DNA of 61,992 nt, counting the filler, from Stramenopiles sp. TOSAG23-3 (taxonomy: Eukaryota): the NCBI GenBank assembly GCA_900128585.1. It is 6 parts of 6 records of this genome, joined end to end, with 100 filler letters (N's around TTAATTAATTAA, not from the genome) between each part and the next. Parts side by side here need not be neighbours in the genome. Positions count along the whole stretch, not along the records: positions 26,697 to 53,280 come from LT642273.1; positions 53,381 to 55,461 come from LT645105.1; 4 more parts are not named here. One strand, 5' to 3'. Position 1 is the first letter of the stretch. Every line of letters starts with the position of its first letter. Under the pieces are notes generated by a model. It worked only from the letters and a program-made list of their open reading frames with translations, was not told the origin of the DNA and ran no database searches. Below are positions 44,425-53,381 of the stretch, piece after piece. A program made the translations under genes and the position numbers.

Positions 44425-47373
44425 ATGGACGAGGATAATTTATACGACGAGTTTGGAAATTACATAGGCTCTGACCTATCGAGCAGTGAAGGCGATAGCT
44501 CCAGCGGCGAGCGGGACGGGCAGGCGAACGGGGCACACGGGGATGGTGAGTTGGCTGCGAACGGTCATGGTACAAACGGCACGGGGGGGGTTGCATCTTT
44601 TGCGGAAGATGTGGAAATGGCAGACTCGACGGAGATTGTTCTGCACGAGGACAAGAACTACTACGCCTCGGCTTCGGACGTGTATGGCGCGGGCGTAGAA
44701 ACGTTGACGATGGAGGAAGACACCCAGGACATTTCGGAGCCGCTGATAAAGCCGATAAAGCAAAAGTCCTTGAATATGAACGAGAAGGACATTCCAAAGA
44801 CCAAGTACGACTCGAGCTTCATGACTGGGATTATGAGCAACGTCAGTCTGACCAGGAACGTGTGCGTCGCAGGGCACTTGCACTCTGGGAAGACGAACTT
44901 GTTGGATATGCTCATCGAAGAGACGCACGAGGACCGCTGGGGCCTGGACAGCGAAACGAGGTACACCGACTCTCGCAAGGACGAGCAGAGTCGGGGCATC
45001 AGCCTAAAGTCTACCCCGGTGTCTTTGGTGATGCAAAATTCGAGGAGCAAGAGCTTTCTGTTCAACATTATCGATAGCCCTGGCCACTCGTGTTTTTCGG
45101 CAGAGCTGAGCGCGAGCATGCGGTTGTCCGACGGCGTAGTGCTTGTCGTGGACGCTGTCGAGGGGGTTTTGATGCAGACAAAGCATGCCATTCGTGAAGC
45201 ATCGCAGGAGGGCGCCCCGATGGTTCTTGTCATTTCAAAGTTTGATCGGCTCATTCTAGAGCTCAAACTACCCCCGAATGACTGTTATTTGAAGTTTCTT
45301 AAGATAATCGAGGAGGTCAACAGCTTCTACAACTTGGTGTCGGGGAGAAAGTCCGGCAGCGGCATCCACGTGTCGCCCCAACTTGGCAACGTGATCTTCC
45401 AGTCTTCAAAACATCGCTGGGCGTTCACCTTGGACAGCTTTGCGGCACTGTACGCGCAGCGCTACAAATCGTCCAGCGGAAAGGACATGAACCACCTCGC
45501 GCTCGCCCAGCGACTTTGGGGCGATGTGTACATGGACACAGCTACTCGGAAGTTTCGGGTCGAGGCAATAAAGCCGAGCGACCCCAGCTGTGAGAGAAGT
45601 TTCGTCGCCTTCGTGCTAAACCCCATTTACAAGTTGTACTCGCACGTAATTGGGGAAGAAAAAGAGGCCATGAGCGCCGTGTTGGGCGCGGCCGGCATCG
45701 TCTTAAAAAAGAGAGACTACAAATTAGACCCACACCCGTTGCTGCGCTTGGTAATGAGAAAGTTTTTAAAAAACAGCGTGTCTGCCATTGTCGACGCGAT
45801 GGAGATAAAGATCCCTAGCCCGGACAAGGGGGCACACAAAAAGGTCGTCCGGCATTATCGCGGCGGTATGTCCAGTGCGCCTTCGCAGTCGATGCTGAAA
45901 AGTGACCCTCAGGGGCCCCTCGTCATCAACGTAGTGAAGCAGTACCCGGCCGCGGATGGCAGCAGTTTCATGTGCTTTGGCAGGATTTATAGTGGGACTG
46001 TGAAGGTGGGGGACAGGGTTCGCGTTTTGGGAGAGCAGTACACGGTGGCCGACCAAGAGGACATGGGGGTGGCGACCGTGAAGGCAATCTCTTTGAGCCA
46101 GGCCAGGTACAAGGTCGACGTGGACAAGGCGTCTGCGGGCGCCCTGGTACTGCTCGAAGGGATTGATCAGACCATCGGAAAGACGGCAACAATAACGAGT
46201 GTACCGTCTTCGGGCCCGTCAGGGACCGACGTGAACGAAATTGAGATATTCTCACCGCTTAATTTTTTTACAATTCCCGCGTTGAAAGTCGCCGTGGAGC
46301 CTTTGAAGCCCTCCCAGCTCCCCAAGCTGGTAGAAGGGCTACGAAGCGTTAGCAAGAGCTTCCCGTTAGTAACAACAAAGGTTGAGGACAGCGGTGAGCA
46401 CATCTTGTGCGGCACGGGAGAGCTGCACATGGACGTCGCACTGCACGATTTGAGGGTGCTGTTCAGCAGCATAGAAGTGAAAGTGTCTGACCCGTCCGTT
46501 GCCTTTCGGGAGACTGTGGTCGAACAATCGTTTGTTAAGTTGGACGCCCTGTCCCCAAACTCTAAAAATCGAATTTCAATGATTGCCGAGCCAGTCAACA
46601 AAACGCTGGCGAGTCACATTTCAAGCGGCAAGTTCGATACGTCGTGGGGTGAAAAAAAGATGAGCTCGGCGCTGAGAAAAACTTACGGTTGGGATGCCCT
46701 TGCTTCTCGTTCAATCTGGGCGTTTGGGCCATCCGCAGGCGACACCAACATCCTGCTAGATGACACGCTCCCGGGCGACGTAGACAAGACTTTGCTGTCG
46801 AGCGTCCGAGACAGCGTGGTTCAGGGTTTTCGTTGGAGCACCAGGGAGGGGCCGTTGTGCGACGAACCGATGCGTCAAGTAAAATTTAAAGTGATCGACG
46901 CCTTAGTTGCCAGCGACGGAATTCATCGCGGCGCCGGCCAAATTATTCCAACGGCACGTCGAGCGACGAACAGTGCGTTTTTGAACGCGTCGCCCCGCCT
47001 GATGGAGCCCACATTGCGAGTTGAGATTGTGGCGTTGGAAGATACGGTCCGCTCGATTTACAAAATCGTTGGTGGGCGCCGCGGAAACATCGTAGACGAT
47101 TATAAGCAGCAAGGAACACCCTTTCGCGTGCTGATTGCCCACATTCCTGCAATAGACGCGTATGGGTTTGAAACTGATTTGCGGATTCGGACCCAAGGGC
47201 AAGCGTTCTGCATGCAGGTCTTTGACCATTGGTCATTGGTGCCTGGGGATCCGTTGGACGATAACTTTATCGTCCAGCCGTTAGAAAAGGCTCCAACCGC
47301 GGCCCTTGCCCGTGATTTTATGGTAAAGACCAGGCGGAGGAAAGGGTTGGGGGATGTAGTCGTAACATTTTAA
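44425..47373 (+). CDS. EFTUD2: U5 snRNP GTPase Snu114/EFTUD2
   Basis: MDEDNLYDEFGNYIG, IVLHEDKNYY, GHLHSGKT, GTGELHMD..LHDLR, GWDALASRSIWAFGP, TREGPLCDEP, FETDLR..TQGQAFC, ARDFMVKTRRRKGL. Confidence 0.97.
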   Translation: MDEDNLYDEFGNYIGSDLSSSEGDSSSGERDGQANGAHGDGELAANGHGTNGTGGVASFAEDVEMADSTEIVLHEDKNYYASASDVYGAGVETLTMEEDTQDISEPLIKPIKQKSLNMNEKDIPKTKYDSSFMTGIMSNVSLTRNVCVAGHLHSGKTNLLDMLIEETHEDRWGLDSETRYTDSRKDEQSRGISLKSTPVSLVMQNSRSKSFLFNIIDSPGHSCFSAELSASMRLSDGVVLVVDAVEGVLMQTKHAIREASQEGAPMVLVISKFDRLILELKLPPNDCYLKFLKIIEEVNSFYNLVSGRKSGSGIHVSPQLGNVIFQSSKHRWAFTLDSFAALYAQRYKSSSGKDMNHLALAQRLWGDVYMDTATRKFRVEAIKPSDPSCERSFVAFVLNPIYKLYSHVIGEEKEAMSAVLGAAGIVLKKRDYKLDPHPLLRLVMRKFLKNSVSAIVDAMEIKIPSPDKGAHKKVVRHYRGGMSSAPSQSMLKSDPQGPLVINVVKQYPAADGSSFMCFGRIYSGTVKVGDRVRVLGEQYTVADQEDMGVATVKAISLSQARYKVDVDKASAGALVLLEGIDQTIGKTATITSVPSSGPSGTDVNEIEIFSPLNFFTIPALKVAVEPLKPSQLPKLVEGLRSVSKSFPLVTTKVEDSGEHILCGTGELHMDVALHDLRVLFSSIEVKVSDPSVAFRETVVEQSFVKLDALSPNSKNRISMIAEPVNKTLASHISSGKFDTSWGEKKMSSALRKTYGWDALASRSIWAFGPSAGDTNILLDDTLPGDVDKTLLSSVRDSVVQGFRWSTREGPLCDEPMRQVKFKVIDALVASDGIHRGAGQIIPTARRATNSAFLNASPRLMEPTLRVEIVALEDTVRSIYKIVGGRRGNIVDDYKQQGTPFRVLIAHIPAIDAYGFETDLRIRTQGQAFCMQVFDHWSLVPGDPLDDNFIVQPLEKAPTAALARDFMVKTRRRKGLGDVVVTF

Positions 47374-47423
47374 ATTTTTTCGACTTCACTGCAAGAATCA
47401 TCAATTTGGGGTATATACCAATT

Positions 47424-47463
47424 AAAAAGCAAGAAAATTGGCTGTTATTTAAGTAATTAAATT
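47424..47463 (-). repeat. Dispersed motif TTAATTACTTAAATAACAGCCAATTTTCTTGTTTT
   Basis: Related copies at 18436-18460, 18470-18493, 24155-24174(-), 54578-54610, 56317-56356 and 61853-61891(-). Confidence 0.85.
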
Positions 47464-47694
47464 CAATTTTTTAGTGGATATTTCAAAAAAAAACTAATGA
47501 TAGTGGATATTTCAAAAAAAAAAAAAAATTATATATTTTTCATATTTTTTAAATTAGTGATTAGGTGAAAAAATATCTTATCTTACAACACACCTTGATG
47601 TCACGTACCGACGAATTAACTAATTATTTATACAAAATCTCTCCCCCCCCAGACACACAAAAACAAGAGGAAAACGGCCACGACAAAGGAGAGA

Positions 47695-48993
47695 CTAGCA
47701 TTGGTCTTGGACATCCATTGTCTCAAAACATGCTTGCCAAACCGCGCCCATAGCAATACTGTCTGCTAGCATTTTTTTGAACGCCTTTCGAGTCTCGTTC
47801 GAATCACTTTCTGGGCCCAATTCGTCCCCTAATATGTTCAAAAGAGCTCCCACAGCGCATGATACAGCGGTCTCGTCGTTTCCAAACAAAAGGTCAGCAA
47901 GGCTTTCTCTCACCTTTTCGTTCTCATTCAAAATGGCCTGAGAAGCAACTTCACGCGACATGTTTTGCAGCGCTCCCGCGGCCGATGCTGGTATGCCGGT
48001 GTTAGGAGTGCGCAGGTGGTCCACCAAAATTGGAAGTCCCCCGGCCTCTCGCACCAAGTGTATACTGAACCGGTCCGAGCTTATGTTGTGGATGGCCCCC
48101 ACGGCTCTCGCCAAAAGCAATGGGTCTTGCGACTTCATTAGTTGCACCAAAGACCCAATTGCGTCGCTGCTCTCTCGCACCGCAACGCGACCGTATTCTT
48201 GAAAGCAAATACTTTGAATGGCGCCTGCCGCGCTCGTCTTCAGCAGCACATTGTCCCATTTTAAAAAATTATGTAGCGGCGCAATTCCTCCCGCGTCGAT
48301 CAATTTCTCTACATTGTCAGTTTCGTAGCACATGTTCAGGCAGACGTTGGAGCATTCGGTTGCTATGTCCTCGCTCTGGGGCTGCTCCATAATGATTACA
48401 ATATTGTCTATTAGTTTGTTTGTCATGGCCGTTCTATTCCCTAACTTGCGCAGCAAAATTTTCAGACATTTCAAAGAGCAGTAGCATATGTCGGGGGTGG
48501 AGTGCATTTTTTTCTGTGCAAAAAGCATCATTAAACCTGTAAGTGCATCTTGGCGCAGGCCATTCGACAGGTTTGGACTGCTGGCGGCAACTGCGTTTCC
48601 ATCGATGAAGTTGCACATTGCTTGCAGGACACGGCCCTTGTCTTTTCCAAACACGTTTAAAGACGACCGAATGATCCGGTCAACTTCTGTGAATGCTATG
48701 CATTCGACCTGTGCCGCTTTCGATTCCTCCACTTTTATGGAAGTAAACGACAGTATTTTCTCCGTCTTTTTTTCCTCATCCTCGCCTGGAATTCGTGGCG
48801 TTACTGGCGGGGACCGTGGGGCAGGCGGTTGGGTCGCCGTGGGCAACCGAGTGGTCTTGCTCGAGGGTACGCGCGAAAGTTTCCCGACTGGCTTTACCAG
48901 GCGAACGTCCTTCCCAAAGGACGGGGAGCCGGCGCGTTTTGCCTGCGGCGGCGGTTGCTGCGACGGCGCTGCGGACGAAATACTGCTCGGCAT
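47695..48993 (-). CDS. Armadillo-repeat protein
   Basis: ARM repeats (AGGIAPL, AAGAIQSI, AVGAIHNIS, EAGGLPILV, AAGALQNMS) after a Pro-rich N-terminus. Confidence 0.88.
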   Translation of the reverse strand: MPSSISSAAPSQQPPPQAKRAGSPSFGKDVRLVKPVGKLSRVPSSKTTRLPTATQPPAPRSPPVTPRIPGEDEEKKTEKILSFTSIKVEESKAAQVECIAFTEVDRIIRSSLNVFGKDKGRVLQAMCNFIDGNAVAASSPNLSNGLRQDALTGLMMLFAQKKMHSTPDICYCSLKCLKILLRKLGNRTAMTNKLIDNIVIIMEQPQSEDIATECSNVCLNMCYETDNVEKLIDAGGIAPLHNFLKWDNVLLKTSAAGAIQSICFQEYGRVAVRESSDAIGSLVQLMKSQDPLLLARAVGAIHNISSDRFSIHLVREAGGLPILVDHLRTPNTGIPASAAGALQNMSREVASQAILNENEKVRESLADLLFGNDETAVSCAVGALLNILGDELGPESDSNETRKAFKKMLADSIAMGAVWQACFETMDVQDQC

Positions 48994-50612
48994 TATTTAG
49001 CGTCGCCTGTATGTACAAAAAACTATCAGCTACTTATTACCCCCCTGACAGCGGCACCGTCCCCCTCCTCTGCACACACACACGTTCTCCAACAGTAACC
49101 TCTCTAACGCTCAAATTCCTTCAATCTCCTGGGCGGCCTTTGGTTGTACCGTTCCAAAACGTACCAACCACTGACTCGTGTTGTTAATTGTTTAACGTGT
49201 AAATGTATCGGTGGATGTGATCATTTTGCATTAAAATATGGTATTCTTTGTAGTTTGATGTGACGAGACCATTTACATACATGCAATAATAATTTTAAAT
49301 GATTGTTGTCTTCTTCTTCTTCAACATAATCTTCTTCTACATTATTATTATTAATAATATTAGAACTTCATCATCGTCGATCAGAGAAGAGGAGGAGAGG
49401 AGGGAGAGGAGAAGACGAGTACTAAAAAATAATTTAAAAAAAAAAAATAGAGATGTTGTTATTCTATGTTGTACTCTTTTCTCAATTGCGCGAAAGTATT
49501 AATTAAAATAATTAAATATAGCGCCTAATAATACAGTACAAAATAAAAGAAAGAGAAAGAAGAAGTAGAAAAGGAAGGAGGAAATGAAACGGTAGTGAGG
49601 GGGTTAAAATGATAGTATGATTTTAAGTTGTAGTCTCCATTGGTAATTAAATACAACATAATACAATTGGAGCACACCTGGGTATAGTGAGTGTAGAGTA
49701 CGAAGAGTAGAGAGAGAGAGAGAGACGACGGACGTGACGTGACGTGGTGGTGGTGTCAACACACTCAACCGACACATACCAAGGCACAGCAGCCAAGAAG
49801 AACACCTCCTTATTTAGTTGAGTTGTAAATCGCATTAGGATGGACTACGTACTTATTATTGCATTCTTTATAGTAACTGAAGGAGCTTTTTCCTATCATC
49901 AAAAAGCAACGTTGGTGAAGCAATGAATGAGAGAAAGAAATGAAATGAAATGAGATTGAGTTGAGGCAACGAAGCGATTAAGCAATTATGGAGGGGAAAG
50001 AGAAAGAACGGAGTGATGAAGTAAAGTAGTATTAATACCAAGTACTTGGTATAATAGAGGGAAGGGTAGGTAAAAAGTGATGAAAGGAGAACCACAACCA
50101 ACCATCAGTAAAAAAAAAAAAAGCCAATTTAAAATTAAAGACAAAAGCATTTGTAGATAAAAAAATACAGTAATGATATGACGGTGTTAATAAATAACTT
50201 ATTTTTAACACTATCAATACTTATGTAAAACAATAGTGTACACAAGATACGAAATGTATTTATTTTTTTTATTCTTGCTTGATTATTTTGTCTTATTTTA
50301 TACATTATTTATATATTATTTATTTGTTGTAAAACATTAAAAGTAATGATAACCATTCAAACTGTACACCACAAATAACACCACACAAGCCTAACAACCA
50401 AAAAATAATGGAAAAAAAAATGAAAAAAATGAAAAAAATTAAAGAAAACAATTCTCATCATTAGAGCTGTAATATTACACAGTACACACCACCACCATTT
50501 GCACGCACCAGAGTCTGCGACACGACGTCCTTCCGGATACGAGCTTGGGGTATGAGGCTCTCCCTTTTCAAAAAGCTTTTCGAGGTAGGAAGAATAAAGG
50601 AACGTTTTTCTT

Positions 50613-50797
50613 ATCAGTTCTCGGCTTATATAGCTTAGATCTAGTGTAGTATCTGTTCTATCAATCATGAAAGATTGATGGGCGACTAAGGTCGTCCTCA
50701 CTTTTATGCAAATTTCTTAAAGGAGGTATTGTGGATGCGCTTGCGCACCTTTTACGAGCTTGGCAACTGGATTGCACTGCACCAGTAAGACGAGCAC
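50613..50797 (+). ncRNA. U2: U2 spliceosomal snRNA
   Basis: 5' ATCAGTTCTCGGCTTATATAGCTTAGATCTAGTGTAGTATCTGTTCT with branch-site pairing GTAGTA; stem IIa ATCAATC/GATTGAT; IIb GGCGAC/GTCGTC; IIc CATGAAAG/CTTTTATG; SL III with GCTTGC tip; SL IV ACTGG-ATTGCACTGCA-CCAGT. 3' end approximate. Confidence 0.95.
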
Positions 50798-50804
50798 TCC
50801 TCAT

Positions 50805-50871
50805 ACGCTATAGTATAATGAAAATACACCCACTTTGGTGGGAAATCGAGGGTTTGATTCCCTCGTAGCGT
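50805..50871 (+). ncRNA. tRNA-like cloverleaf lacking a canonical anticodon loop
   Basis: Acceptor ACGCTA/TAGCGT, TA, D arm GTAT-AATGAAA-ATAC, arm CCCAC-TTTG-GTGGG, AAAT, T arm CGAGGG-TTTGATT-CCCTCG; all stems are Watson-Crick. Confidence 0.85.
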
Positions 50872-50880
50872 TTTTTTTTT
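50871..50880 (+). terminator. Oligo-T tract, candidate RNA polymerase III terminator
   Basis: T10 immediately after the tRNA-like element; T-runs are common in this genome, so function is inferred from position. Confidence 0.6.
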
Positions 50881-51872
50881 ACGTACGACACGTGAGTCTG
50901 TGTACGAGCCATGAACCCCCTCTCCATTCTGAGCATGTTGCTCGACTGCCAGGTCACCCTCATTTCGTCTTCACGAAGCGGCGCGTTGCGAAAAATAAAC
51001 GTCTACCAAACGGGACGCTTGTCTCTTTGATAGAACAAGAAGAAAGTGGGCGCGTGTACACTTTTTACTTCCGACCACCCCTTCGTACAGAACAGAAAGT
51101 GTTCCTCCCTCTCGCTTCCATTCCCTGTTCGCTCTGCCTCTCACGCACAGTGCGTGATTTCAGGGAAGAAAGAAGATGCCTTCCTTCAGAATTATTACAA
51201 TACGTTAATAGTACTCTTTATCTACAATACCATACCATCATTATAGCATAACACAGTTTTCTTTTGATAGGAAATTTCAGCAAGATACTATTGACCTGCT
51301 AGAAAAAAAGAAGAAAGAAAGAAAGAAGCTTTTTCTAATTTTAAATTATTTATTATAATGGAGCTGCTTTGGTTCTTTGTTGGTTACGAAATTATAAGAG
51401 CTATAAAAAAGAGGAGATTTTTATATTAATATTTTTATTCTTCCTCCTCCCTTTATTTATTTTTTATTAATTAACTATTTACTACTACTACTTGAAGTAA
51501 TAAGTAGTATAATTTATAATTAATAATAATAACAGAGTTGGAAAAGTTGTATAGTAGTAATTGAAATATATTTTAGAACTGTTTCGTTGGAGAATGTATT
51601 TGAAGAAAAAGCAAGAAAGCAAGCAATCAATCAAGAAAGCATGCAATTGACTATACATTCGTTGTTCTTCTCCTTTTAGATTCTAACAAGTTAATTCATT
51701 ATCAACGGGAACAGTTGGTTTGTTTTAAACTACGTAACATATTGGGTCGTTGAACAGTTTTTTGGTTGTTGTAGATTATTTTTAGTCATATATCGATATT
51801 CCAAGAAATCAAATGGAAAAGTTGGGCAGTGGATTCCCCCTCCCCCTTCATCACTAGTAACCTTTCGCCGAA

Positions 51873-53280
51873 ATGTCTTTATTGCGTCATATTCATTGTG
51901 CGCTGCTGTGCACTTTGATTTTCTTTGTTTGGTGTGCGCAGACTGCAAACAATGTTGCACCGGAAAGGGGCGAATTCGACCTGACAGAAATCAGTTTTTT
52001 ACAGTATGCACACGAAAGCTTAGATCCCGAAGAAACGCAGGCTCTCATTGAAACTACACTTTCCTTGACTCATTTGAGTCGAGAACAAAAAGCGAAATAT
52101 TTGTCAAATAGACTTGCAGTGCAAGCTGCCCAAGGGATTAGCGAAGATTCTCTTGACGACCCCCAACCGTTTGTTGGGTATGACTCGCACGAGGGACTTG
52201 CCGAGCCCACCCCTCAATGCAAAAGGATACTTAACAAATGGACTAAAGAATGTGTATTCTCAATTCACAATTTAGGAGACGATAGAGAACCGAGACCTCC
52301 TGAGCCTGTAGATCCTGGCCCAGGTGGTTCTCCAGGGCCAAGTGCACCGGGGCCAAGTGCACCGGGACCGAGTGCGCCAGGGCCGAGTGCGCCAGGGCCG
52401 AGTGCGCCAGGACCAATTGCGCCGGGACCAAGTACGCCAGGGCCGAGTGCGCCAGGGCCGAGTACGCCAGGACCGAGTGCGCCAGGGCCGAGTGCGCCAG
52501 GGCCGAGTACGCCAGGACCAAGTGCGCCAGGACCGAGTGCGCCGGGACCAAGTGCGCCAGGACCTAGTACCCCAGGACCAAGTACGCCAGGACCAAGTGC
52601 GCCGGGACCTAGTACCCCAGGACCGAGTGCGCCAGGACCGAGTGCGCCGGGACCAAGTGCGCCGGGACCAAGTGCGCCGGGACCTAGTACCCCAGGACCG
52701 AGTGCGCCAGGACCAAGTGCACCAGGACCGAGTACGCCGGGGCCGAGTTCGACAGGGCCGAGTACGCCGGGACCAAGTGCGCCAGGAACAAGTACGCCAG
52801 GACCGAGTACGCCGGGACCATACACGCCAGGGCCATTTGCACCAGGACCTAATACTCCAGGGCCAAGCACACCAGGACCATATACACCAGGGCCAAGCAC
52901 ACCAGGACCGTATGCGCCAGGGCCATACACACCAGGGCCTAATACGCCAGGACCACCTGGACCAAGCTTGCCGGGACCAAACGCACCAGGGCCAAGTTCA
53001 CCGGGACCAAACACACCAGGACCATATACACCGGGGCCAAGTTCACCTGGACCAAACACGCCAGGACCTAGTTCACCTGGACCAAACACTCCCGGACCTA
53101 GTTCACCAGGACCAAGCTCGTCTGGACCGCATACACCGGGGCCAAGTTCACCTGGACCAAACACGCCAGGATCTAGTTCACCTGGACCAAACACTCCCGG
53201 GCCTAGTTCACCAGGACCAAGCTCGCCTGGACCGTATACACCGGGGCCAAGTTCACCTGGACCAAACACGCCAGGACCTA
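51873..53280 (+). CDS. Secreted protein with long PGPxx pentapeptide repeat (3' end lost in gap)
   Basis: Signal-like N-terminus (HCALLCTLIFFVWCA), short unique domain, then PGPS[A/T]/PGPYT/PGPNT/PGPSS repeats up to the N gap. Confidence 0.85.
52332..53280 (+). repeat. 15-bp coding minisatellite (about 60 units)
   Basis: CC(A/G)GG(A/G)CC(A/G)AGT(G/A)CG-type units with third-position variation. Confidence 0.95.
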
Positions 53281-53381
53281 NNNNNNNNNNNNNNNNNNNN
53301 NNNNNNNNNNNNNNNNNNNNNNNNTTAATTAATTAANNNNNNNNNNNNNNNNNNNNNNNNNNNNNNNNNNNNNNNNNNNNG

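Noticed and set aside
50748-50755. U5 loop I-like CCTTTTAC
   Set aside because: Forms the 3' strand of U2 stem-loop III; no U5 structure around it
50805-50871. Ordinary tRNA-Gln(TTG) or tRNA-Pro(TGG)
   Set aside because: No 7-nt anticodon loop can form on a paired stem, the fold is 6/6 and G19/C56 are absent; reported as tRNA-like instead
52265-53328. Antisense GPGAL-repeat and alternate-frame RQGRV ORFs; CRISPR-like array
   Set aside because: Shadows of the 15-bp coding repeat; there are no unique spacers
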